This document shows, one piece after another, positions 1-13,100 of a stretch of DNA of 64,000 nt. The position numbers and the translations under genes were made by a program. Source of the stretch: the human T2T-CHM13v2.0 reference genome, Homo sapiens. Location of the stretch: assembly GCF_009914755.1 (NCBI RefSeq), contig NC_060926.1; one strand, 5' to 3'. The notes below the pieces were generated by a model. The model ran no database searches and was not told the DNA's origin. It was given only the letters and a program-made list of their open reading frames with translations. How positions within the stretch are numbered: position 1 is the first letter of the stretch; each line of letters starts with the position of its first letter.

Positions 1-154
1 CGGAGACTGCAGTGCGCCAGAGCGGTAGGAGAGCGGCTGCGCTAGGAGGGCAGGCGGCTGCAGCCAGGGTTGGGGGTCAGGCTTAGAGCGATGGACGGGC
101 TGCAGCAGTGGCCAGATGGTAGGAGCCTTGTAAGGAGGGCTGGTGCATTGGCAA

Positions 155-3100
155 TGGGCCTGGCTTTGCCCTGCGCCTGCCGTGGATCTGGCCCTGTACT
201 GCCCTGCCTTGCCCTGTACCTGCCCTACTGTTACTTGGACTCTCGGCCCTGTCCTGCTCTGGTCCCATCCTGACCCTGTCTTGGCCCTGTGCTACCCTGT
301 CCCTGCCCTGGTCTTGCCCTGGCACTGGCTCTGCCCTGAACCTGCACTGGCCTGACCTTGGCTCTGGCCGTGGCTCTGGCCCTGCCTCTTGTCCTGACCC
401 TGGTCGTGTCATGGCACTGGCCCTGCCAATGGTCATGGTCCTGCTCCTGTTCTGGCCCTGACCTGGCCTTGGACATGTCCTGGCCCTGCTTTGGCCCATC
501 CCTGCCCTGGCCCCACCATGGGCCTGCCTGTTCTGCCCTCTCCTGGCACTGACCTTGCCCTGTCATGGCCCAGTGGTGCCATTGCCCTGCCTTACCCTGC
601 GCTGGTTGTGACTTGGCCCCGCTTGGTGCTGGCCGCTCCCTGGACCTGCCCTGGACCTGCCCTGACCCTGCCCTTGGCTTTTGCCCTGCCCTCACTGTGG
701 CCTGGCCCTGGCCCTAGCCCTGGTCCTGCCATATCCCTGGCCCTGCCCTTATCCAGGCCCTGCCCCTGCTGCTGCCCTGGCCCTGGCCTGGAACCTGGTC
801 CTGTCAAGGACCTGCCCTGACTCTGCCATGGCCCTGGCCCTGCTCTGCCTTGTTCCTGGCCCTGACCCAGACCCAGACCCTTTCCTGGCTCTGCACTGGA
901 CTTTCCCTGGCCCTGAGCTGGCAATGGTCTGCCCCTGGTCTTGCCATCACCCTGCCCTGCTGCGCTCTGGATGTGTCATCACCCTGCCCTGGCCCTACTC
1001 TGCCTTTGACCCTGCCCTGGCCTTACCTTGGCCCTCACCCTAGTCTTCGCTAGACCCTGCTCTGGAGCTGGCCCTAGCACAGACCTGGCCCTGATCCTGG
1101 CCGTGGTCTTTGTCCTGCCATAGCCCTGGCCCTGAAGTGGACTTGGAGGTGTCCTGGCCCCGGCATAACATGGCTCTGCATTGGCCTGTCCCTGCCCTGC
1201 CGCTACCATCTCCTTGCCCTGCTCTGTCCTGTCCCAGTACTGTCCCGGCCGTGCTATTTCCCTTCCCTACCCTGCCTTGGCTGTGCCCTGGCTCGGTTCT
1301 GGCCCTGGCCCCGGCCCTGCCCTGGACATGCTCTGACACTGCCTCAGCCTCGGCACTAGCCTGGCTCTTTCTTGGCATCAGCTCTGCTCTCTCTGTGGAC
1401 CGGCTCTTGTCCTGTCCTGCACTGGCCATACCATGCCCTGCCCTGCCCTGCCCTGACTCAGTCCTGGCTCAGCCCTGGCCCAACCTTGGCCTTGGCATTG
1501 CCCCTGGTCATGCCATATTTCTTGCCCTGTCCCTACCCTGGCCTTGGCCCTGACCCTTACCTTGCTGTGGCCCTGCCCTTGCCCTAACGCAGCCCCTGGC
1601 CCTGTCATGGCCCTGCCCTGGACCTGTCCTGGCCCTGGCCCTTCCCTGCTTGAGAACTTGCCCTGGTTCTCCCCTGGCCCTGACCCTGAAATGCCTGGCC
1701 CTACCCTGGCCTTGCACTGCTCTGGCCCTTGCCCTGACTCTGGTCCTGTCACTGGCCTAGCCCCAGCCCTGTTGCTGGTCTTACCATGGCCCAGACCCTG
1801 CCTTGGCCCTGCCCTGACACTGTCCTGGACCCTGGCTGTGCCAAGAACCTGCACTGTCCTTGCCATTGTTTTGCTCCTGCCCCGAACCTGGTCTTCCCCA
1901 GGCCGTGGCCGTGGCCCTGGCCCTGGCCCTGCCCAGGTCTTGGCACTGTCCTGGCCCCGCCCTGCCCTGGCCCTATGCTTTCCTGGCCCTGCCTTGCCGG
2001 CCCTGGCCCTGCCTTGGCCCTAGCCTGGCTTTGACCCTGCCCTGGCCCTACCTTGGCCTTCACCCTAGCCTTACCTGGGCACTGTGTTGGACCTGGCCAT
2101 AGCACAGACCTGGTTGTGGCCCTGGTCCTGCCGTGGCCCTGTCTCAGACCCTAGCCCTGCCAGGTACCTGTCCTGGCCCAGCTCTGGGCCTGGCTTTGTC
2201 CCTGGTTCTTAGATGAACCTGGTCCTGCTCCTGCCCTTGCTCTTGCCCTGGAACTGGCCTTGGACATGTCCATGGTCCTAACCCTGGCCCTGCCCAGGAG
2301 CTGCCACTGTCTTGGCTGTGCCCTGGCTCTGGCCCTGCCCCGGCCCCAACCATAGACCTGCCCTGGTTGGTCGTGAACTACCTTAACCCTGTGCTACCCT
2401 GGGCCTGCTCCACCCTGCCCTGGCCCTGCCCTCCCTTTGGCCCTGCCCTGACCCTGCCTTGGCCCTCACACTGGCCCTAGCACAGACCTGGTCCTATGTG
2501 TGGCCTTGGCCTGGCATTGACCCCTGCTCCTGACCCCGGTCCTGCCATGGCCCTGGCCCTGCCAATGACCCTGGCAGCCCTGGCCCTGTCTTGGCCCTGG
2601 CCCTGAACTGGCCCTGCCCTGACCCTGGCCCTGAAGTGGATTTGCAGGTGTCTTGTCCCTGATGTAACCTGGTCTTACCATGGCCCTGTCCCTCCCCTGG
2701 CTCTGTCCTGGCCTTCTGCTGACCCTGACCCAGACCTTGGCCCTGCCCCAGCCTTGTCCTAGATCTGGCCATGGCCCTGCGTCTGCCCTGGACCAGCGCT
2801 GGCACTGGCATGGACCCTGGCCCTGGCCCTTCGCTACTTAAGGCCATGCCCTGGCCCAGCCCTGGTCCTGACCCTGTCCTGGCCCTAATTTGGCGTGGCT
2901 CTACCCTGGCATGCTATTCTGGCCCTAGCCCTGACCCTGTCCCTGTCCCTGTCCTGGCCCCAGCCCCATTGCTGGTCCTGCCACGGCCCTTGTCCTGACA
3001 TTGCCCTTTCCTGGTTCTGGCCCTGGCCCTGTCCCAGCCCTGCTCTGGCCCTGGTCTGAACCCTGGCCCTGCAATAGACCTGCCTTGGTCCTGCCCAGAC

Positions 3101-3725
3101 CCTGGCTCTGGCCCTACCTCTGCCCTGGCCATACCCTTGCCCTGGCCTGGACCCCAGTCCTGGTCCTTGTCCTGCCCCAGCCGTGGCCCTGGCCCTGCCC
3201 TGCCTGTGCCCTGTTCTATCCTGGGCTGGCCCTGCCATGGCCTGGTCTTGCCATTGCCCTGCCCTAGCCTGCCCTGCTTGTGCCCTAGACCTGCCCCGGC
3301 CTTTGCCCCTGTCTTGGTTCTAGCCTTGACTGAGCCCTGGACCTTCCCTGATCTTGCCTCAGCCCTGGCACTACCCTGGCCTTGCCTTGGCATTTGCCTT
3401 ACTCTCTCTATGGCCTGGCTCTGGTCCTGCCCTGCTCTGCTCTTGTTCTGTCCTGGCACAGCCCTGGCCCTGGCCCTGGCCCTGCCGTATCACTGGCTCT
3501 GGTCCTGCCCTTATGCAGACCTGACCCTGCCACTGCCTTGGCTTTGGCCTGGACCTTGGCCATACAGTGACCCTGCCATGACCCTTTCCTGGCCCTGGCC
3601 TGGAACCTGGCCCTGCCAAGGACTCGCCCTGGCTCTGTCATGGCCCTGGCCCTTTCCTGGATTTGGGTGTGTCCTGTCCCTTATTTGCCCTGGCCCTTCC
3701 CTGGCTCTGCCATACCCCTTCTCTG
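155..3725 (-). repeat. CAGGG-type degenerate GC-rich repeat (CCCTG/GGCCCT on +), block 1
   Basis: Continuous degenerate ccctg/ggccctg/gccctg units on +, i.e. CAGGG/CAGGGCC on -. Recurrent longer motifs include 'tagcacagacctgg' (~1075, ~2100, ~2478) and 'gaagtgga(c/t)ttg' (~1134, ~2633). Confidence 0.9.
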
Positions 3726-3900
3726 GGGTAGGGCCAGGGTCAGGACCAGACCAGGGCAGGGTCAGGACCAGGGTAGGGCCATGGTAAGGCCTGAAGATGG
3801 GAAGGGCCAGGGCAGCGGCTGGACCAGGGAAGGGTCAGGGCCAGGGATGTAGTAGGACTAGGGGCAGAGCCGGCACTAGGGCTGAGCCAGGACAGAGCAG
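3726..3900 (+). repeat. CAGGG repeat, inverted segment
   Basis: The + strand switches to G-rich 'gggccagggtcaggaccagaccagggcagggtcagg'. Confidence 0.8.
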
Positions 3901-4084
3901 GAGAGATTACATTGGGCTATTACGTAAAATTTTTATTTTAGATTTTTAAGATAACTATAGTAGTAGTAATGTCTATACTATATTGTTTGTAATAGTAATA
4001 ATATTTGCAGTAATCACTAAATTTTAACTAATACTATCTTTGCTTCCAGTAGTGTTCTATGAGTATAATTTTATCAATATGTTA

Positions 4085-4193
4085 ATATGTGAGGCATTGA
4101 TTCTCACAATAATTCTATGTGCTAGGTACTTAAAGCATCCCCATTTTCCAAATGTAGGAAACAGGCATAAAGAAGTTAAATACTTGGCCAGAT
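4085..4193 (-). mobile_element. MIR fragment
   Basis: 'attctcacaataattctatg...ccccattttccaaatgtaggaaacaggcataaagaagttaaatacttggcc' resembles the antisense MIR core. Confidence 0.65.
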
Positions 4194-4194
4194 T

Positions 4195-4312
4195 ACTCCT
4201 GTAATCCCAGCACTTTGGGAGGCCAAAGCAGGCAGATGGCTTGAGCTCAGGAGTTTGGAACCAGCCTGGGCAACATTGTGAAACCCCATCTCTACTAAAA
4301 ATGCACAAAAAG
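4195..4312 (+). mobile_element. Alu left-monomer / FLAM-like fragment
   Basis: 'cctgtaatcccagcactttgggaggccaa...ccagcctgggcaacattgtgaaaccccatctctactaaaaat'. Confidence 0.85.
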
Positions 4313-4364
4313 AACTAATTTAAGTTTCTTGTAGGATTCTGGTTACAAAACACTGGTCAAACAC

Positions 4365-6120
4365 ACAGGGCATGGATAGGGCAGGGCCAGGGACAAGGTC
4401 AGGCCAGGAAGGGGCCAGGGCCAAGGCAGGGCCAGAGATGGACTTGGAAGTGTCCTGGTCTGATTTGCCCTGCCCCAACGTTGGCCCAGCCCTGCTCTGG
4501 CACTTCCTGTCATGCCCTGTCCCTGGCCTGAGCACTGGCCCTGGCCCTGTCCTGCTTCTGGCCCTGCCCCGGAGTTGACCAGGCACTGCCATGGCCCAGT
4601 CCTGCATTGCCCTGCCCTCCTCTGCCCTGGTGCTACCATGGCCCTGCTTGGGCCCTAGCTCTGCCTCTACTCTGGACCTGCCCTGACTCTGCTCAGCCCT
4701 GGATCTACCCTGACTCTGCCTTGGTGTTGCCCTCCCATCTCTATGGCCTGGCTCTGGCTGTGCCTTGCATAGATCATGCTCTGCCCTGCGTGTCCCAGCC
4801 TGGGCCCAGCCCTTGTCCTACCATATTCCTGACCCCAGCCATACCCTTCTTCTGGCCGTGACCCTGCCGTGGCCCTCTCCTGGCCCTTCCTTGGTCCTGC
4901 CCTGCCCTTCCATGCCCTGGCCTTGCCCTCACCCTGCATTGGCCCTGCACTGGTCCTGCCCTGCCCTGGCACTGCCTTGGCCCCGGCCCTGCCTTCTCCC
5001 TGGTCTTGCCTTTGCCCTGCCCTGGCCTGACCCCAGGCCTACCGAGTCCATGAAATGGCCCTGGACCTGCCTTGCCATCGTCTGTCCTGGCCCTGTATTG
5101 TCCCCACCATGCTCTGGTCCAGCGCTTGCCCTGGCCCTGTTGCTAGTCCTGCCACTGTTATGGCCCTGCCCTGTTTTTGGCCATGCCCTGTGCTACCCTA
5201 GCCCTGCCCTGCCTTGGCCTTGGCCCTACCATGGCCTTCTCCTACCCTGGCCTGGCCCTACACTGGCCTTTTCTACCCTGGCCTTGCCCTTCCCCTGGTC
5301 TTGCCTTGCCCTGGCCTTGCCCTGCCCTGGCCTTGGCTTTGCCTTATCCTGGTCCTGGTTCTGCCCTGACCCTGGCCTTGCTCTGGATCCTCTCTGGTTC
5401 TGCTTTCTCCCTGGCCCTGCCCTTGCTCTGGCCCTGTCCCTGGCCCAGCCTTGACCCTGACCCTGGCCCTGACAATCCCCAGGTCTGACACTGGCCATGC
5501 TTGGCCCTGGCCCCTCCTTTTGGCCCTGCCCTGGCCCTGCCTTGGCCCTGTGCTATCTTAGTCCTGCCCTGGCCCTGAACTCACCCTGGCCCTACCCTCA
5601 CCCTACACTGGCCCCGCCCTACCCTGGCCTTGCCCTGCCCTGGCCCTGCCTTTGGCCTGCTCTGGCTCTGGTTCTGCCCTGGCCTTGCCCTTGCCCTGGA
5701 CCCTCCCTGGCCATGTTTTTTCCATGGTCCTTCTCTGGCCTTGCCCTTGCCCTGTCCCCTTTCTGGTCCTGCCATATTTCTGGCCCTGTCCTGTCCATGT
5801 CCTGGACCTGACTCTGGCCCTGGACCTCCCTGTCCCTGCCCTGCCATACCCTGGCCCGTTCCTTGCTCTACACTGACCCTGCCCTGCCTTGGCCCTGTGC
5901 TACCCTAGCCTTGCCCTGGCCTTCTGCTGACCCTGATCCTGCCATGGCCCTGGCCCTGCCATGTCCCTGCCCTGGCCCTGGTTCTGCCCTGCTTCTGGCC
6001 CTGGCCTTGGTCCTCTCATGTCCCTGGCCGTGACCCTGCCCCTGGTTTTTCTCTGGCCATGACCCTGCCCCTGTTCTGTCCTATCCCTGGCCCTGTCTTA
6101 GTTCTGTCCTAGCCCTGGCT
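4365..6120 (-). repeat. CAGGG-type degenerate repeat, block 2
   Basis: Short G-rich start (4365-4440), then C-rich ccctg/ggccctg units to ~6120. Confidence 0.9.
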
Positions 6121-6512
6121 TTTCACAGTACTTTATGCTTAGTAAGGGCTCCATGGTGTCTGTGAGTTGAATGTTGTGTTCATAGTATCTGCCAAAACAG
6201 AAAGAAAAAAAACAAAATATTTTGATAAGAAGTTAAAGCTTTGTATATAATATGCCTTGAATTGTAAATGCCTGTTATTAGTTGTATTACATATAGGTCA
6301 TGGTTTTGTACACATAACTCCAAACCATTGATACTGTTAAAAGAATATATGAATATATGAAAGAATGTGTAAATGTAAGAATGTATCAGTATCTAATTAC
6401 CTTTCCAAATTAATTTTTATTTTTAGCTCTATTAGATTTTTCTCAGTGTAACAAATGTTTATTCCTATGTAATTAAGGGCGTATTTCCTGTACAGAATAT
6501 TCATATTACCTA

Positions 6513-6990
<478 letters not shown>

Positions 6991-7130
6991 GTAAAAAGAA
7001 ATATTAGTAAATATAAATATAAATACATATAAACATAAAAATGCATGCATGAAAAGAAACAATTTTTAAATTTAACATCACTGAGGGCATCCTATCCATT
7101 TCATTTCATGATTCCATTATGTCATTTCAC

Positions 7131-10100
7131 TTAGATGAAATGATAAGATGACTTGAGATGAGATGAAATGATGAGATGAAATGACAAAATGATGAGATGA
7201 GATGAGATGATGAGATGAAATGGAGAGTGGAAATGAGATGAAATGATGAGACGAAATGACAAAGCTGAAAAGAAATTGAAAGGAGATGAGATGAGATGAA
7301 ATGAGATGAAATGATGAGATGATGAAATGATGAGATGAAACGAGATGAAATGATGAGATGAAATGAAATGAAATAATGAAATGATATGAAATAATGAAAT
7401 TGAAATGAGATGAGATGAGATGAAATAATGAGATAAAATGAGATGAAATGAGATGAACGATGAGATGACATGATGAGATGAAATGAGATGAAAAATGATG
7501 AGATGAAAAATGAGATGAAATGAAATAATGAAATGAAATAATGAAATGAGATGAAATGAAATAATGAAAGGAAATTATGAAATGTAATGAAATTGAAATG
7601 AAATTGAAATGAGATGAGTTGAAATGATGAGATGTAATGATGAAATGAAATCATGAGATGAGATGAAATGAGATGAAATAATGAGATGAAATGAGATGAT
7701 GAGATGAGATGAAATCATGAGATGAAATGATGAAATGAAATGAAATGATGGATGAAATGATGAGATGAAATGAGATGAAATGTAATGAGATGAAATGAAA
7801 TGACATAATGAAATGAAATAATGAAATGAGATGAAATGAAATAATGAAATGATGAAATAATGAAATGAAAATGAAATGGAAATGATGAGATGAGAAGAAA
7901 TGATGAGATGAGATGAGATAAAATGAGATGAAATGATGAGATGAAATGAAATGATGAGATGAGATGAAATGAGATGAAATATGATGAGGTGAAATGACAT
8001 AATGAAATGATGAAATGGAATAATGAAATGGAAATGAGATGAGATGCAATGAGTTGAAATGAGATGAAATGATGAAATGATGAGATGAAATGATGAGATG
8101 AGATGTGATGAAATGATGACATGAAATGACATAAAATGAGATGAAATGTAATGATGAAATGAGATGAAATGATGAGATGAGATAAAATGATATGAAATGA
8201 TGAGATGAATGATGAGATGAAATGATGAGATGAGATGAGATGATGAGATGAAATGATGAGATGAATGATGAGATGAAATGATGAGATGAGATGAGATGAT
8301 GAGATGAAATGATGAGATGAACTGATGAGATGAAATGAAATGAAATAATGAAATGAAATTGAAATAAATAAAATTGAAATGAGATGAGATGAAATGATGA
8401 GATGATGAAATAAAATGATAAAATGATGAGATGTGATGAGATGAAATGATGAGATGAGATGACATGAAATAATGAAATGAAATAATGAAATGAAATTGAA
8501 ATGAGCTGAGAAGATACGAGATGAAGTGATGAGATGAAATGATGAAATGATAAGATGAAAAGAGTTGATGAGATGATAAGATGAAATGATGAGATGAAAA
8601 GATGAGATGAAATGAAATGATGAGATGAAATGAGATGAAATGAAATTAGACGAAATGTAATGAGATGAAATGAAATGACATAATGAAATGAAAAAATGAA
8701 ATAATGAAATGAGGTGAAATTAAATGAGATGATGAAATTAAATGATGAAATGAAATAATGAAATGGAAATGATGAGATGAGATGAAATGACGAGATGAAT
8801 GATGAGATGAAATGAGATGAAATGATGAGATGCAATGATGAGATGAAATGATGAAATGATGAGATGAGATGTAATGATGAGAGGAAATGATGAGATGTAA
8901 TGAAATGAGATGAAATGAATGAGATGAAATAATGAAAGGAAATTGAATTGAGATATGAGATGAAATGAGATAAAATGAGATGAAATAAGAAATGATGAGG
9001 TGAAATGAAATGCTGAGGTGAGATGAGATGAAATGAGGAGATGAAACGATGAGATGAAATGAAAGGATGAGATGAAATGATGATATGAGATGAGATGAGA
9101 TGAGATGAAATGAGATGAAACGAGATGAAATGATGAAATGATGAGATGAGACGAGAAGAAATGATGAGATGAAATGAGATGAGATAAAATGAGATGAAAT
9201 GAAGTGAAATGAAATGAAATAATGAAATTGAAATGAGATGAGATGAAATGAGATAAAATGATGAGATGAAATGATGAGAAGAAATGAGATGAAATGATGA
9301 GATGAGATGATGAGATGAAAAATGATGAGATGAAAAATGATGAGATGAAATGATGAGATGAATTGAAATGAAATGAAATAATGAAATGAGATGAAATGAA
9401 ATGATGAAATGATGAAATAATGAAATGAAAATGAAATGGAAATGATGAGATGAGAAGAAATGATGAGATGAGATGAGATAAAATGAGATGAAATGATGAG
9501 ATGAAATGAAATGATGAGATGAAATGAGATGAAATATGATGAGGTGAAATGACATAATGAAATGATGAAATGGAATAATGAAATGGAAATGAGATGAGAT
9601 GCAATGAGTTGAAATGAGATGAAATGATGAAATGATGAGATGAAATGATGAGATGAGATGTGATGAAATGATGACATGAAATGATGACATAAAATGAGAT
9701 GAAATGTAATGATGAAATGAGATGAAATGATGAGATGAGATAAAATGATATGAAATGATGAGATGAATGATGAGATGAAATGATGAGATGAGATGAGATG
9801 ATGAGATGAAATGATGAGATGAACTGATGAGATGAAATGAAATAATGAAATGAAATTGAAATAAATAAAATTGAAATGAGATGAGATGAAATGATGAGAT
9901 GATGAAATAAAATGATAAAATGATGAGATGTGATGAGATGAAATGATGAGATGAGATGACATGAAATAATGAAATGAAATAATGAAATGAAATTGAAATG
10001 AGCTGAGAAGATACGAGATGAAATGAAGTGATGAGATGAAATGATGAAATGATAAGATGAAAAGAGTTGATGAGATGATAAGATGAAATGATGAGATGAA

Positions 10101-13100
10101 AAGATGAGATGAAATGAAATGATGAGATGAAATGAGATGAAATGAAATTAGACGAAATGTAATGAGATGAAATGAAATGACATAATGAAATGAAAAAATG
10201 AAATAATGAAATGAGGTGAAATTAAATGAGATGATGAAATTAAATGATGAAATGAAATAATGAAATGGAAATGATGAGATGAGATGAGATGAAATGACGA
10301 GATGAATGATGAGATGAAATGAGATGAAATGATGAGACGCAATGATGAGATGAAATGATGAAATGATGAGATGAGATGAGATGTAATGATGAGAGGAAAT
10401 GATGAGATGTAATGAAATGAGATGAAATGAATGAGATGAAATAATGAAAGGAAATTGAATTGAGATATGAGATGAAATGAGATAAAATGAGATGAAATAA
10501 GAAATGATGAGGTGAAATGAAATGCTGAGGTGAGATGAGATGAAATGAGGAGATGAAACGATGAGATGAAATGAAAGGATGAGATGAAATGATAATATGA
10601 GATGAGATGAAATGAGATGAAACGAGATGAAATGATGAAATGATGAGATGAGACGAGAAGAAATGATGAGATGAAATGAGATGAGATAAAATGAGATGAA
10701 ATGAAGTGAAATGAAATGAAATAATGAAATTGAAATGAGATGAGATGAAATGAGATAAAATGATGAGATGAAATGATGAGAAGAAATGAGATGAAATGAG
10801 ATGAGATGATGAGATGAAAAATGATGAGATGAAAAATGATGAGATGAAATGATGAGATGAATTGAAATGAAATGAAATAATGAAATAATGACATGAGATG
10901 AAATGAAATGATGAAATGATGAAATAATGAAATGAAAATGAAATGGAAATGATGAGATGAGAAGAAATGATGAGATGAGATAAAATGAGATGAAATGATG
11001 AGATGAAATGAAATGATGAGATGAGATGAAATGAGATGAAATATGATGAGGTGAAATGACATAATGAAATGATGAAATGGAATAATGAAATGGAAATGAG
11101 ATGAGATGCAATGAGTTGAAATGAGATGAAATGATGAAATGATGAGATGAAATGATGAGATGAGATGTGATGAAATGATGACATGAAATGATGACATAAA
11201 ATGAGATGAAATGTAATGATGAAATGAGATGAAATGATGAGATAAAATGCTATGAAATGATGAGATGAATGATGAGATGAAATGATGAGATGAGATGAGA
11301 TGATGAGATGAAATGAGATGAATGATGAGATGAAATGATGAGATGAGATGAGATGATGAGATGAAATGATGAGATGAACTGATGAGATGAAATGAAATGA
11401 AATAATGAAATGAAATTGAAATAAATAAATAAAATTGAAATGAGATGAGATGAAATGATGAGATGATGAAATAAAATGATAAAATGATGAGATGTGATGA
11501 GATGAAATGATGAGATGAGATGACATGAAATAATGAAATGAAATAATGAAATGAAATTGAAATGAGCTGAGAAGATACGAGATGAAATGAAGTGATGAGA
11601 TGAAATGATGAAATGATAAGATGAAAAGAGTTGATGAGATGATAAGATGAAATGATGAGATGAAAAGATGAGATGAAATGAAATGATGAGATGAAATGAG
11701 ATGAAATGAAATTAGACGAAATGTAATGAGATGAAATGAAATGACGAAATGAAAAAATGAAATAATGAAATGAGGTGAAATTAAATGAGTTGATGAAATT
11801 AAATGATGAAATGAAATAATGAAATGGAAATGATGAGATGAGATGAAATGACGAGATGAATGATGAGATGAAATGAGATGAAATGATGAGATGCAATGAT
11901 GAGATGAAATGATGAAATGATGAGATGAGATGAGATGTAATGATGAGAGGAAATGATGAGATGTAATGAAATGAGATGAAATGAATGAGATGAAATAATG
12001 AAAGGAAATTGAATTGAGATATGAGATGAAATGAGATAAAATGAGATGAAATAAGAAATGATGAGGTGAAATGAAATGCTGAGGTGAGATGAGATGAAAT
12101 GAGGAGATGAAACGATGAGATGAAATGAAAGGATGAGATGAAATGATGATATGAGATGAGATGAGATGAAATGAGATGAAACGAGATGAAATGATGAAAT
12201 GATGAGATGAGACGAGAAGAAATGATGAGATGAAATGAGATGAGATAAAATGAGATGAAATGAAGTGAAATGAAATGAAATAATGAAATTGAAATGAGAT
12301 GAGATGAAATGAGATAAAATGATGAGATGAAATGATGAGAAGAAATGAGATGAAATGATGAGATGAGATGATGAGATGAAAAATGATGAGATGAAAAATG
12401 ATGAGATGAAATGATGAGATGAATTGAAATGAAATGAAATAATGAAATAATGACATGAGATGAAATGAAATGATGAAATGATGAAATAATGAAATGAAAA
12501 TGAAATGGAAATGATGAGATGAGAAGAAATGATGAGATGAGATAAAATGAGATGAAATGATGAGATGAAATGAAATGATGAGATGAGATGAAATGAGATG
12601 AAATATGATGAGGTGAAATGACATAATGAAATGATGAAATGGAATAATGAAATGGAAATGAGATGAGATGCAATGAGTTGAAATGAGATGAAATGATGAA
12701 ATGATGAGATGAAATGATGAGATGAGATGTGATGAAATGATGACATGAAATGATGACATAAAATGAGATGAAATGTAATGATGAAATGAGATGAAATGAT
12801 GAGATGAGATAAAATGATATGAAATGATGAGATGAATGATGAGATGAAATGATGAGATGAGATGAGATGAGATGATGAGATGAAATGATGAGATGAACTG
12901 ATGAGATGAAATGAAATGAAATAATGAAATGAAATTGAAATAAATAAATAAAATTGAAATGAGATGAGATGAAATGATGAGATGATGAAATAAAATGATA
13001 AAATGATGAGATGTGATGAGATGAAATGATGAGATGAGATGACATGAAATAATGAAATGAAATAATGAAATGAAATTGAAATGAGCTGAGAAGATACGAG

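Noticed and set aside
1-154. CpG-containing GC-rich start as a promoter or first exon
   Set aside because: Truncated by the window edge; too little sequence to assign.
70-5908. Overlapping P/W/L/C- and G/Q/R-rich ORFs
   Set aside because: Translations of the CAGGG repeat, open in multiple frames on both strands.
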